A stretch of DNA of 64,000 bases from an uncultured Chloroflexia bacterium (lineage in GTDB: Bacteria > Chloroflexota > Dehalococcoidia > DSTF01 > JALHUB01): NCBI GenBank assembly GCA_963835655.1, contig CAWIGJ010000003.1:689016-753015 (forward strand), given 5' to 3'. Of this stretch, positions 30,552 to 41,033 are shown in pieces. The notes under the pieces are model-generated. The model worked only from the letters and a program-made list of their open reading frames with translations. It was not told where the DNA came from and searched no databases. A program made the translations under genes and the position numbers. Each line of letters starts with the position of its first letter. Positions within the stretch are counted from its first letter, which is position 1.

Positions 30552-31568
30552 ATGTCTTGGGAAGATGTAGAACCAGTCTTTCGCCCGGAAGGCGTCCACA
30601 TGGGCGTGATGAAATCGGACCCGAAGAAGTGCACGCGCACGCGTGGCTCATCTTGCCAGTTGTGCTTGGACAACTGCCCATTCCGAGCATGGGAGCTGGC
30701 CGAGGGACAGGAGCCGCGTCTGGTTGACAATTACAACTGCTTCAGTTGCTACAACTGTCAGGTCGCTTGCCCGCGAAACGCGATTTCGATCGTTGAGACC
30801 TATCGTGTCGAAGAGGGGTTCTGGACGACAGCCCCTCTGGCCGAATCAGCGCGCCCGCCCCTGAAAGCGCTTGATGCTGAGGGCAGTCCCGACGAGTGGA
30901 ACGCGATGGAGAAAGCTGTGTTCAACCGGCGCAGCACTCGGAATTTCAAAGACAAGCCCGTGCCCGAGACGCTGATTCGCCGGATCCTCGAAGCCGGTCG
31001 CTTTGCGCCGAGTGCAGGCAATAGCCAAGCCTGGCGCTTCATTGTGATCACCGATAAGGTCCTCATGGATGAGATCAACGAGGCTGTGTGGGCCGCACTC
31101 AAGACTATCTTCACTATGTACCATGACGAGGAGATGGTGAAGCAACTCGCCGCCGGCTTCGAGATGAGCCAGCCGCGGGTGCCAGGGGTCTACGATCCTC
31201 GGCTGGCCGAAGGCGGCATGGGTGCCATCGCGAAAAGGGAATACCCCGTTCTTTTGGGCGCGCCCTGCGTCGTTTACATCCTTGAGGACGAGCGCGCAGT
31301 GAGCGCTGGCGGCATAAACATAGGTATTGCCGGACAGAATATGAACCTGGTAGCCAACTCGCTTGGTCTGGGCGTCTGCTGGAGCGGCTTTGCGGCAATC
31401 GCGTCCCTGGTCCCGCCGCTCGCGGAGAAGTTGGGCATCGCATCACCATGGAAGGCCACGACTGCACTCTGCATCGGTTATCCGAAGTTCAAGCAGGAGG
31501 GCGTGGTAGCGCGCGAATATCGCCCGGTAACCTGGTTCCGTAGAGGCCGGCCGCCGGACGTCGACTGA
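30552..31568 (+). CDS. Nitroreductase-family protein with an N-terminal 2x[4Fe-4S] ferredoxin domain
   Basis: Starts MSWEDVEPV at ATG 30552 (RBS AAAGGAGAA). Two CxxCxxCxxxCP motifs, then a nitroreductase fold (RRSTRNFKDKPVPE...SAGNSQAWRFIVI). Confidence 0.8.
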   Translation: MSWEDVEPVFRPEGVHMGVMKSDPKKCTRTRGSSCQLCLDNCPFRAWELAEGQEPRLVDNYNCFSCYNCQVACPRNAISIVETYRVEEGFWTTAPLAESARPPLKALDAEGSPDEWNAMEKAVFNRRSTRNFKDKPVPETLIRRILEAGRFAPSAGNSQAWRFIVITDKVLMDEINEAVWAALKTIFTMYHDEEMVKQLAAGFEMSQPRVPGVYDPRLAEGGMGAIAKREYPVLLGAPCVVYILEDERAVSAGGINIGIAGQNMNLVANSLGLGVCWSGFAAIASLVPPLAEKLGIASPWKATTALCIGYPKFKQEGVVAREYRPVTWFRRGRPPDVD

Positions 31569-31707
31569 GAATTGGACTCGACCGTGTCTCGCTATTGTTG
31601 CCGGAAACGGTGTAGGTGAGAATCACGGCGGGAGAGGAGCGGTTTATGATAAGGCACCATGCGCTTTGCCCTCGGTCTTCTCCGTCGCTCACATCGCTCT
31701 CCTCCAC

Positions 31708-32520
31708 CTAGATGTCGACCATCAGCCACTCCCCGCGATTCAGGGTATACCCTCCGGGGTCGATTTCTGCCCGGATGATCGACAGGGCCTCTTCCGTTGG
31801 CATCTCCATCACCCCCAGCGGCTCGGCGACGAGAGGCTTGAAGTCCATGCGATCGAGGACTTCGTCGAGCGTCGTCCAGGGCGCCAGCGCGTCGAGCCTC
31901 ATCAGGTGGCTCTTCTCATCGAAACCGAAAATCGCCCGCTCCGTGACGATTCGATATGGTCCCGTGTTTGCGGGCAATCCTGCCCTCTCCCTCGCACCCG
32001 GGGAACCGTCAAGATAACCGGGGGATGAGATAAAATCCACGCGCTCGACGAACTTCCGCTTTTCGAGCTTGGTCATGATTATCGTATGCCAGCAACAAGA
32101 CGCGATCTCGTTTGCGCCTCCCGGTCCGCCGAACCGTCTGAGGGGATGATCGTAGTCGTCACCCAGCATTGTAGAGTTGAAGTTGCCGAACTTGTCGATC
32201 TGAACGGCTGTCAGGATGCCGTAGTCCGTGTAGCCGAGAGAAGCGTGTGCGTCTACGATATTCATCCCCTCCCAGGCGACCGAGCGGTAATGCGATCGAG
32301 AGGAACCCAGCATCATCACTGGCAGCGGGAAGTCGGGGCTCGGCGCTATGGCGCCTTCCTCGACGAGAAAGCCGACGCCCGGAGCATGTGTGCGCTTCGC
32401 CAGCAGAACCGCAAAGAGCGGCGGGCCCGACATCTGGACGAAGTAAAGCTTGTCCTCTTCTATCATGTGTGCGACGGTGCAGACGTTCTGTTCAAGGTCG
32501 GTGAAGGCGAGCTCAGTCAT
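31708..32520 (-). CDS. CoA-transferase subunit B (glutaconate/3-oxoacid CoA-transferase family I)
   Basis: 270 aa; family I CoA-transferase beta-subunit-like sequence. Confidence 0.75.
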   Translation of the reverse strand: MTELAFTDLEQNVCTVAHMIEEDKLYFVQMSGPPLFAVLLAKRTHAPGVGFLVEEGAIAPSPDFPLPVMMLGSSRSHYRSVAWEGMNIVDAHASLGYTDYGILTAVQIDKFGNFNSTMLGDDYDHPLRRFGGPGGANEIASCCWHTIIMTKLEKRKFVERVDFISSPGYLDGSPGARERAGLPANTGPYRIVTERAIFGFDEKSHLMRLDALAPWTTLDEVLDRMDFKPLVAEPLGVMEMPTEEALSIIRAEIDPGGYTLNRGEWLMVDI

Positions 32521-33521
32521 TCGTAGCCCTCCCGAAGCGTCTCTTCCTGGACCAGTCTCATCAGTTTCGCCGCTCCAACACGCTTCTCTAACATCTCCTC
32601 ATGCGAAGCGACACTGAAGACGTACTTCTCAAGATACTCGTCTGTCGTACCGTTCGCCTGAGAAATCGCAAACTCAAGGACGGTTTCGAAGTCGGCGGCG
32701 TAGCGACCGGGCACGCTTCCCGGATAGCCACCGAAGGGTGCCAGGACCACGGCATCCACGAGGTAGTAGGGGATCATTGTTCGCCGCGGGTCCCGCCTGA
32801 TCTCTTCGTTGCTGATGATCCGCTCCGTCGAGATGATCACCTTCTTGGATGCCATGGCGATCTCCCGTGGTGCGACACCGGCGCCGTAGATCCGCGCATT
32901 GCCGTAAACGTCGCATTCATGTACGTGGAGAAGACCGACATCTGGGTTAAGGGCCGGCACGAGCACAACGGGCTTGCCCGTGTAGGGGTCCTCTACGAGC
33001 TTGGCGCCTGATTCCTCAAAGACGTCGGTGCCCCCGAGCCAGCGGATGGGCAAGAACGAGACGCCAAGGGCGCCGGCGAGCAGCCGGTAAGTTAGCGCGC
33101 CATTGGACCATTCTATGAACTTCAAACGGTCTTCGGCGAGAGCTTTGTTTATGATCGGACCGGTTTCCATCCACCCAACGTCCACCTTACTGACGCAGCC
33201 GCCGGCTACCAGCAGAGTCGGGTCAGCCCAGCTAAACTTGGCGGCGATCCAGAGGTTTCTTTTCCGCTCACGGATCATTTCACGGAAGAGCGAAGCGGGA
33301 CCCCTGGCGGCGACGTTCATGTCATAGGCAAGGTAGTCGCCGTCCTCGACGAACCGCGAGATGGCTTCCTGCTCCGTTAGCACCTTGTTCACCGGAGCAC
33401 GCACTTTGTGCTCTCGCACCCATGCGCGCATCCCATCAGGGTCGGGCGGTTTGAATTCGCCCTTTCCGGCCGCTAGGACATCCATTGCTCGACCTCCCGC
33501 GAGTCGAATCTCTCGGCTCAC
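32517..33521 (-). CDS. CoA-transferase subunit A (glutaconate CoA-transferase GctA-like)
   Basis: 334 aa; 4-nt overlap with subunit B; GctA-like sequence. Confidence 0.75.
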   Translation of the reverse strand: MSREIRLAGGRAMDVLAAGKGEFKPPDPDGMRAWVREHKVRAPVNKVLTEQEAISRFVEDGDYLAYDMNVAARGPASLFREMIRERKRNLWIAAKFSWADPTLLVAGGCVSKVDVGWMETGPIINKALAEDRLKFIEWSNGALTYRLLAGALGVSFLPIRWLGGTDVFEESGAKLVEDPYTGKPVVLVPALNPDVGLLHVHECDVYGNARIYGAGVAPREIAMASKKVIISTERIISNEEIRRDPRRTMIPYYLVDAVVLAPFGGYPGSVPGRYAADFETVLEFAISQANGTTDEYLEKYVFSVASHEEMLEKRVGAAKLMRLVQEETLREGYE

Positions 33522-33529
33522 TATCAGAT

Positions 33530-35896
33530 TCAGACCGTCGTTTCGTACGGCCGGATCGATGGTGCCTCGCCTTCTGCGGTCAAGACGATCCCCGCCTGCA
33601 CCAGCCGCTCGATTCGCTCGGGCTCGATTCCGAAATCTCCTAGCACCTCAGTGCTGTGCGCCGCAAACATCGGCGCCGGCCTTTCCAAACGCATCGCATG
33701 CTCGTTCCACTTCACGAGTGCGCCGATTTGTTGGAACCGGCCGAGCAACCCCTGCTCTGACCACCACCACAGGTCATTCGCCTGAAGATGCGGGTCGGTG
33801 AATAGCTCTTCGAGAGTCAGGCAGGGGCAAGCGGGGACCCCGAGCCACCCGAGGCGCTGCAACAGACCCTCCCGCTTCTGCGTGGCGAAGTACGCTTCAA
33901 CGGCTTTCGCCAGCGGTCCATCGCGGGATGCCCTCAGCGCCTGTTCGTCGGTCACCCTCGAGATGTCGGCCAACACGATGACCGCGTCCGCCTGCTGGTG
34001 CGTCTTTGCGCAGAGGAAGAGCCAGCCATCGCTGCACTGATAGATCCTGTAAAGCGCTGAGACGCCAAGGATGTCACGGCCGCCCTCGATCTCAGGTGGT
34101 CGCCCCTTGTACCTCATGAACTCGGCCGCCTGCACGACCATCGCGTTGTTCGCCAGACATGTCTCAACGAGCTGTCCGCGGCCCGTCAGTTCACGATGAT
34201 AGAGGGCCGCGCACATACCGTAAGCGGCCATGAGTGCCGACGTGAAGTCGATGACTGCGACATTGTGGTAGACAGGTTCATCGTCTTTGCCGTAGCCGCC
34301 CTGTGCGCGCTGCAAACCGGACAGCGCACCAATGACCGGATCATATCCAGGGAGATCGCTCATCGGCCCGGAGGAACCGTAAGGCGTTACGGAACAGCAG
34401 ATGATGCGCGGGTTGATGGCGCTTAAAGTATCGTAGTCGATCTTCAAGCGCTTCGTGACGCCCGCGCGGTAGTTGTCGACGACGATGTCGGACTGTCGCA
34501 CGAGGTCGTAGAACGTTCCTAGCCCCTCTTCCTTCTTGAGGTCGAGGACGAGCGACCGCTTCCCCCGGTTCACGCCAATGAAGGCCGCGCCCATTGCCCT
34601 GAACGGGTCGCCGTCAAGCGGTTCAATCTTCGCTACGTCGGCGCCCAGGTCGGCGAGGAGCATGCAACTGTATGGGCCGGCATAAGTTGTTCCGAGGTCG
34701 AGCACTTTGATGCCATCCAAAGGGGCAGCGTGTGGCGCAACTGCACCCTGACTTCGCGCTGCTGAGTTGGTCCAGGAAGCGGCAACGTCACGGTTGTGCT
34801 GGCCGAGCAGCGGCGCCGGTCCCCGAATCGCTCCCGGCTTGCCGTGCAAGGTGAGCGGTAGGCCGATTTGCAGCGATGGCCCGATCTCAGGATCATCAAT
34901 TTCAACGCGCATTCCATTGTGAATGACCTGCGGGTTCTTGAGATAGTCGTTCCGCGTCAACACAGGGCCGGCCGGGATATCCGCCGCCTTTAGGATGTCG
35001 AGCCATTCTCGTCGTGTCTTCGAAGCGAAGGCCTCCTCCAGCCTTCGCGTGATCACCTGTAGCCCATCTTCTTTGGGGATGGCGTAGGGAAAGTCCTCGA
35101 ATCGTGGATCGGCGAGCAGATCTTCGGCACCCATCGTGAGGCACAGCTTGACCATGAAGGCCGGCGTGAGGGCGCCCACCATAAGCCACTCACCGTCTGC
35201 GGCCTTATAGACGCGGTAATTGGCGGCTGCGCCTTTGGGATCAGAATTCAGCACAGACAGCCGGTCGACGCCGAGGTCGATCAGGTTGACAAAGCCAGCC
35301 GCGTTGATGGCGAAAGCGCCGCTGAGCCCGGAGACTTCGACGAAATCGCCGCGTCCAGTGTGCGCCCTTTCGTAGAGAGTCGATGCAACCGCACCCGCGA
35401 CGAGGACTGCCGTGGCGTAGGCGACAAAAGGCGTGACGAAAAAGACAGGGCCTTCCCTGTACGACAACTGATTTCCATCCACACAACCCAGGGCCGCCAT
35501 CATGTTGTCGTCAGGCTCGAGAGCGGCGTAAGGCCCCCTCGAACCGTAAGGCGGGATAGAGCAGTAGACCAAAGCTGGATTGAGGGCAAAAAGAGCGGCG
35601 TAATCGATGCCCAGCATGCAGGCTTGCGATTGAAGACCGTCTACCAAGACGACATCTGCTCTCGATGCAAGGGCATGTGCCTCTCGCCGTCCCTCTTCGG
35701 ACGTCAGGTCGATGACGATTCCTCGCTTGCTTCGATTGGCGGTGTAAAAGCCGGGCTGGCCACGGTTATAGTCACCGTGCGGCGGCTCCACCTTTATGAC
35801 GTCGGCGCCCTGCTCGGCGAGGAGCGTGCCGGCAAAAGGACCGGCGGTGCCCTGTGTGAAGTCCAGGACGCGAACGCCCTCAAGTACGCCAGCCAT
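33530..35896 (-). CDS. Tandem-duplicated family III (CaiB/BaiF) CoA-transferase, two complete domains in one 788-aa protein
   Basis: N-terminal VRVLDFTQGTAGPFAGTLLAEQGADVIKVEPP and an internal second copy IKVLDLGTTYAGPYSCMLLADLGADVAKIEP, each followed by the family III fold. Confidence 0.8.
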   Translation of the reverse strand: MAGVLEGVRVLDFTQGTAGPFAGTLLAEQGADVIKVEPPHGDYNRGQPGFYTANRSKRGIVIDLTSEEGRREAHALASRADVVLVDGLQSQACMLGIDYAALFALNPALVYCSIPPYGSRGPYAALEPDDNMMAALGCVDGNQLSYREGPVFFVTPFVAYATAVLVAGAVASTLYERAHTGRGDFVEVSGLSGAFAINAAGFVNLIDLGVDRLSVLNSDPKGAAANYRVYKAADGEWLMVGALTPAFMVKLCLTMGAEDLLADPRFEDFPYAIPKEDGLQVITRRLEEAFASKTRREWLDILKAADIPAGPVLTRNDYLKNPQVIHNGMRVEIDDPEIGPSLQIGLPLTLHGKPGAIRGPAPLLGQHNRDVAASWTNSAARSQGAVAPHAAPLDGIKVLDLGTTYAGPYSCMLLADLGADVAKIEPLDGDPFRAMGAAFIGVNRGKRSLVLDLKKEEGLGTFYDLVRQSDIVVDNYRAGVTKRLKIDYDTLSAINPRIICCSVTPYGSSGPMSDLPGYDPVIGALSGLQRAQGGYGKDDEPVYHNVAVIDFTSALMAAYGMCAALYHRELTGRGQLVETCLANNAMVVQAAEFMRYKGRPPEIEGGRDILGVSALYRIYQCSDGWLFLCAKTHQQADAVIVLADISRVTDEQALRASRDGPLAKAVEAYFATQKREGLLQRLGWLGVPACPCLTLEELFTDPHLQANDLWWWSEQGLLGRFQQIGALVKWNEHAMRLERPAPMFAAHSTEVLGDFGIEPERIERLVQAGIVLTAEGEAPSIRPYETTV

Positions 35897-35967
35897 GACA
35901 CTCCGCCTCCGCTCGGACGAATTCGGTCACCTCTCGGCTCCTGTCGCCACCGTCACGTGGCAACGAC

Positions 35968-37311
35968 CTAGCCACTCATTCCGTTTGATCGAACAAGGTC
36001 GCGATACCAGCAGCCGCTCTGCTTGACGGTTCGTTTCTGGGTCGCGAAGTCCACGTAGATCAGGCCAAAGCGCTGTTTGTACCCCTGGGCCCATTCGAAG
36101 TTATCCGTGGAACTCCAGTGATAGTAGCCGCGCACGTCAGCGCCCTCTCTGATCGCCTTCCCTACTTGACCGACATATCGCTCCAGGAATCTGATACGCC
36201 TATCGTCGCGAACAATGCCGTGCTCGTCAGGGGCGTCGCCGTAGGAGCATCCATTCTCAGTGATGTAAATGGGCAGGTGGTAGTCGTTCCAGATCCGCAT
36301 GATCACGTGATAGATCGCTTCCGGGCAGACCTCCCAACCGAAATCCGTCCGCTCGACGTCAGGCAGCTCGATTCGGCGCACGCCCAGGTCTTTGTCGTTC
36401 GCGTCGTTCGCGATGACGGCCCGTGAATACAGATTAATGCCAATGAAGTCGAGAGGCGTCTCAATGACCTCCATGTCGCCAGGCCGGATGTCGAGGCGCA
36501 GTGGGTCAAGGCGATCGAAATAGGCGGCGGGGTAGCGGCCGTTGAGCGCCGGCTCCACGAACCAGACGTTGCTGAAGGCGTGCATGCGCTCGGCCGCAGC
36601 GTGGTCTTGCTCGCTGTCACTGGCAGGACTGGCCCACGTCATGCTGAAGGCTGAACTCACGGCATCCACTTTGCCTGTCGCCCTGACGGCGCGCGCGGCT
36701 AACCCCTGCGCGATGTTGACTACGTGCGTGGCGCGAAGGGTCATGTCGGCGTCATGAATGCCGGGCGCATTGATGCCCATCAGATAGCCGAAAACGGTGA
36801 ATATCCACGGCTCGTTGAAAATGATCCAGCGCTGGACGCGGTCGCCCAGGCGGTCGACTACAGTAGCGCAGTAGTCCGCGAAGCGCTCCGCGACGTCACG
36901 ATTCGCCCAGCCGCCCAAGTCCTGCATTGCCTGTGGGAGATCCCAGTGGTAGAGCGTTGGAAATGGGGCTATGCCAGCTGCCAGCAACTCGTCGACAAGG
37001 CGGCTGTAGAAGTCGAGTCCCTTCTGATTGATGGCCCCTTTGCCTTCAGGGAGGATTCGCGGCCAAGAGATGCTGAAGCGCGAGGCATTCATCCCAAGCT
37101 CCTTCATCAACGCCACGTCTTCTCCGTAGCGATGATAGAAGTCGCATGCGACATCTGCTGTGTCGCCGCCCCTCACGTGCCCGGGCGTGTGATTAAAGCG
37201 ATCCCAAATCGACTCCCCCTTGCCGTCCTCGTTCCAGGCACCCTCGATTTGGAGGGCGGAGGTGGAGGTGCCCCATTGGAAGCCTCTCGGGAATTGAATC
37301 GAAGGCATCAC
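35968..37311 (-). CDS. GH1 beta-glucosidase / beta-galactosidase
   Basis: 447 aa; FPRGFQWGTSTSALQIEG, catalytic nucleophile ITENG. Confidence 0.9.
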   Translation of the reverse strand: MMPSIQFPRGFQWGTSTSALQIEGAWNEDGKGESIWDRFNHTPGHVRGGDTADVACDFYHRYGEDVALMKELGMNASRFSISWPRILPEGKGAINQKGLDFYSRLVDELLAAGIAPFPTLYHWDLPQAMQDLGGWANRDVAERFADYCATVVDRLGDRVQRWIIFNEPWIFTVFGYLMGINAPGIHDADMTLRATHVVNIAQGLAARAVRATGKVDAVSSAFSMTWASPASDSEQDHAAAERMHAFSNVWFVEPALNGRYPAAYFDRLDPLRLDIRPGDMEVIETPLDFIGINLYSRAVIANDANDKDLGVRRIELPDVERTDFGWEVCPEAIYHVIMRIWNDYHLPIYITENGCSYGDAPDEHGIVRDDRRIRFLERYVGQVGKAIREGADVRGYYHWSSTDNFEWAQGYKQRFGLIYVDFATQKRTVKQSGCWYRDLVRSNGMSG

Positions 37312-37403
37312 GTTCTCCTATCCGCACTCATTCCGTCGTTCCGTTGGGCGTTCTCTGTCGAAACGCTTTCGTTGCTCTGCCGCTGTCGCGGTAGCTCGGG
37401 CAA

Positions 37404-37871
37404 TCAGGTCACCGCCAGAAACAGCCATTCGGCGCTTAACGCCGGTGCACTGCCGCCGCCCTCGATCTCCAGCACTATGTCCACTCCGATCACGGCGCGG
37501 CCGTCGCCCTTGTCCCTCACCTGCGACAGTTTTGCCCGGGCACGCAATCGCGACCCGACAAGCACCGGACGGAGGAAACGCACATGGTCGAGCCCGTAGT
37601 TCAGGTAGTACTTGACTGAGGGAACCGCGGGGAACCTGGCTTCAGCGAAGAAACTCGTAAAAAGAGACAACAAGAAGAAGCCCTGTACGATCGTGTCTCC
37701 GAACGGCCCTCCGCGCACCGCCCTATCCACGTCATTGTGAAGCCACATCCCATCGCCCGTAATGCGAGCGTGAGTGTCAACGTGTTCCTGATCTATCTTC
37801 TTCCACTCAGACAGAAGAATGTCGTGGCCCACGTAGTTTTGAAATCTCTCGATGGTGTCGCTGGGTTTCAT
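37404..37871 (-). CDS. MaoC-like (R)-specific enoyl-CoA hydratase (hotdog fold)
   Basis: 155 aa MaoC dehydratase domain. Confidence 0.75.
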   Translation of the reverse strand: MKPSDTIERFQNYVGHDILLSEWKKIDQEHVDTHARITGDGMWLHNDVDRAVRGGPFGDTIVQGFFLLSLFTSFFAEARFPAVPSVKYYLNYGLDHVRFLRPVLVGSRLRARAKLSQVRDKGDGRAVIGVDIVLEIEGGGSAPALSAEWLFLAVT

Positions 37872-37988
37872 TTCGTGTTTCCTGTTTTCGAGAGCATTCG
37901 CGACTTCGGTTCTGGCACTTCCGGGACCGGGTAGCCGCCGAAGACGAGTTCAAGGCACCCGTCTTCGTTGACCGCGTTCCTCAACCCG

Positions 37989-39236
37989 TCATGTATAGCT
38001 GGCGACGAGTTGCGGAGAGACCGCAACGGCAAGCGCATCGTTCGCCCCGTCTTCTATTAAGGCTGCACGGGCGTCGCGGAAGAGCTTCTCCACCAGCGTT
38101 CCCTTCGAGAGTCCCATGCCGCCAAAGAGCTGGAGAGCATCACCGGCCACTTCGAAAGCCGCCTGTGTGCAGTAAATCTTTGTGGCCACAGCCATCCGCG
38201 ACAAGGGTAGCTGCTGGGATGTGTTGTAGGTCATCACGGCGCGGGACAGATAGCGCGCCGACTCGACCTTGATGAACATGTCGAACAGCTTCCGCTGGAC
38301 AAGCTGGTGCTCGCACAAAAGCTTGCCGCCCTGTACACGCTGTTTGCAGTAGTTGAGTGCCTCTTCGAACGCCGCTCGCGCCACGCCGGTAAACATGGGC
38401 CCCATTCCCCCATTGGCGAGTGACAGAATCAGCTCGGTGGCGAACGTGTACAGCTCAGGCGGCATCAGTACATAGTGGCCAGGAATGCGGACGTTGTCGA
38501 AGTAGATTTCACCCTGGTTGAGAGCGCGCTGCCCGAGCTTGTCCAAAGGCTTGCCTCTGGATACCCCAGGAAGATCGAGCGGGACGAAGGCGATACATCC
38601 CTTTGTAGCACCGTCGGTGCCTTCGACTGCCATGTGTACCAGCGCATGGGTGGCGATGGTGCCGTTAGAGACCCAGGCTGACTTCGAGCCGTTAATTATC
38701 CAGTCGCTCCCATCCGGCCTGCAATGTGCGTCCTTAGGCCCCAATGAAGCTGCATATTCGGGCGAGATGGAAATGAGCGTGTCAGTGCCGTGCTGGGCTT
38801 CGGTTATTGCCCAACAGCCAATGTACTTCGCATCCCTGTCGTTGGCGAACGGCAGAACAAGTTCGTCGATGAGTCGCTGGTTGCCCGTCAACTGAGCGAC
38901 GAAAAGGGCGCCACGATAGGGCATGCCGGTAACCCCGAGGCCCACAGCAAAGTCGGCGGAGCCCCACCCCATCTCTTCATTAATGATATGAGACCCAAGT
39001 GGGCTCACGGTGACGCCGCCGATATCTTCCGGGAAACCGGCCAGATGCTGCCCCAACTGATAGTACTGTCGAAATACATCCCAGAATACCGACCCTTCGG
39101 CGACCACGTCCTCAGGCCTGGCGAGCTTGTCCAGTTCGAGGCTGGCCGGGCGCGTCACTTCCGCGGCAAACTTGTGTGTCGCCTCTTTCAGGGCGACTTC
39201 CGCTTCGCTCAGGTCTACAGCCAGGTCTTGGTACAT
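37989..39236 (-). CDS. Acyl-CoA dehydrogenase family protein
   Basis: 415 aa with ACAD N-terminal, middle and C-terminal domains. Confidence 0.8.
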   Translation of the reverse strand: MYQDLAVDLSEAEVALKEATHKFAAEVTRPASLELDKLARPEDVVAEGSVFWDVFRQYYQLGQHLAGFPEDIGGVTVSPLGSHIINEEMGWGSADFAVGLGVTGMPYRGALFVAQLTGNQRLIDELVLPFANDRDAKYIGCWAITEAQHGTDTLISISPEYAASLGPKDAHCRPDGSDWIINGSKSAWVSNGTIATHALVHMAVEGTDGATKGCIAFVPLDLPGVSRGKPLDKLGQRALNQGEIYFDNVRIPGHYVLMPPELYTFATELILSLANGGMGPMFTGVARAAFEEALNYCKQRVQGGKLLCEHQLVQRKLFDMFIKVESARYLSRAVMTYNTSQQLPLSRMAVATKIYCTQAAFEVAGDALQLFGGMGLSKGTLVEKLFRDARAALIEDGANDALAVAVSPQLVASYT

Positions 39237-39302
39237 GCTCTGTTCTCCTTTTCGCCTCTGCGCCGGTGCCGAATTAAGTTGGCGTCTTGTTTAACTGTGA
39301 CT

Positions 39303-40092
39303 TCAGGCGGATGCGTGAAAGTTGGGTTGCCTCTTCTCCAGAAAAGCGTTCACGGCCTCCTTGAAGCTGGGCCTCAAAGCAGCAGCCATCAGTTCCTGTG
39401 CCTCGCTCGTCATCACCTTGTGGAGATCGCATTCCACCAGGCTAGACCAGGTAAGCCTCTTGATTCCGAGCAGAGACTCCGTCGGATTGAAGGCGATTTC
39501 ACTCGCCACGGCCACCGCCTCGTCCATTAGCCGATCGTGAGGCACAACTCGGCTGACCAGGCCTATCCGCTCCGCCTCCTGCGCGTCGATCGTCTTGCCG
39601 GAAAGCATCAATTCCAGCGCCCTGCTGAAACCGACAAGCATCGGCAGCAGCTTCGTGCTTGCCAGTTCAGGAATAAGCCCTATTCGGACGAAACGCATGG
39701 AAAAACGGGCGCGGTCGGAAGCGATACGGACATCGCAAGAAAGGGTGATCGTCAAGCCGGCGCCGATTGACGGGCCGTTGATGGCGCAGACCATTGGCTT
39801 AGAGGCGGAAAAGAAGTCGACCCAGTTTGTGCCCCGCTCGAGACCGTCGGCGCTCTGCCGGGTGTCGTTATCCAGGTCGCGTTTCCAATCGCCGACGTCG
39901 GCGCCCCCGCAGAAAGCCGGGTCCGTGCCTGTAATGACGATGGCACCGATCCCCGGATCGCTGTTGAACGTTTCCACGGCATCGCGGATCTCGCTGCCCA
40001 TCTTTCCGCCCAGAGCATTGCGCTTATCCGGCCGGTGCAGCGTCACGATTCCCACACGCTCGCGCCTTTCGGTCAGAATATCCTCGTAAGCC
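39303..40092 (-). CDS. Enoyl-CoA hydratase/isomerase (crotonase) family protein
   Basis: Starts MAYEDILTERRERVGIVTLHRPDKRNAL at 40092; crotonase fold with oxyanion-hole region AFCGGADV. The ORF-track 575-aa ORF is a chimera that runs on into the upstream frameshifted permease. Confidence 0.85.
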
Positions 40093-40135
40093 ATGTGTAT
40101 GCTCCCTTCCGGTCTCCACCTTCCGCTACAGGTTG

Positions 40136-41030
40136 CTAATTCACGCCCCGCAGACGGGGGTCCAGCGCATCCCTTAATCCATCGCCTAGAAGATTGAACC
40201 CCATCACGGTAAACATGATGGCCAGCCCCGGCGGTACCGATAGCCACCAGTTTGTGAAGATGTATTGGTGGCCAGTGCTGATCATCTGCCCCCAATCGGA
40301 CGTCGGTGGCTGCACGCCCACTCCTAGGAAGCTGGCGGCCGCTCCTACGAGGATTGCCACGCCCACGCCCAACGTCGCTTGAACGATGATCGGCTGGAAG
40401 CAGTTCGGCCATATGTGCCAGAGCATTATCCGCACGTTGCTCGCGCCGATCGTCCTGGCGGCTTGAACGTAGTCCAGTTCCTTCGTGATCAGTACGCTTC
40501 CTCTTGATCAAACGCGCGAATAGCGGCGCCGAAGCCACGGCGATGGCAATGACAAGGGCTTTCAATCCCGTCCCCAGCGATGTCGAGAGCGCAATCACCA
40601 GCAACATTCCCGGAAGCGCCAGTATGGCTTCCACCACTCTCATCACGCCAACTTCAATCAAACCGCGAAAATACCCCGAAATCATCCCCAGCACGACGCC
40701 GATCAGCCCACCCAATCCGACGGCTAGCACCCCAATCTCGAGAGACGTCCGTGAACCATACATAATGCGAGTAAGAATGTCGCGCCCCAGATTATCGGTG
40801 CCTAATGGGTGGGAGAGGGTAGGCATTTGGAACGCGTTGGAGATATGCTGCTCGAGCGGGCCATAGGGCGAAATCCAGGGCGCAAACAGCGCCATGAAGA
40901 CGACAATCGCAACGATGATCAAGCCCGCAACGGCAGTTGGTCGCTTGAGCAGTTTGGTCAGAATGTAGAGGTTTTCCCCCCGTCTGGACGCCGTTATGGC
41001 GAATTCCTGTCCAACCGCTGTTTCTGCCAT
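40136..41030 (-). pseudogene. ABC peptide-type permease (DppC/OppC-like), split by a frameshift near 40478
   Basis: N-terminal two thirds (MAETAVGQEF...APLFARLIK) is in the frame of ORF 39303..41030. The C-terminus (VLITKELDYVQAARTIGASNVRIMLWHIWPNCFQP...) is in the frame of ORF 40136..40435. Consistent with one extra A in caAgagg. Confidence 0.75.
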
Positions 41031-41033
41031 CAG

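Noticed and set aside
39303-41030. ORF-track 575-aa ORF as a single permease-hydratase fusion protein
   Set aside because: The middle 150 residues are low-complexity Arg/Gly-rich junk. The permease C-terminus is found in another frame (ORF 40136..40435), and the crotonase has its own Met start (40092). Interpreted as a frameshifted permease reading through into the next gene.
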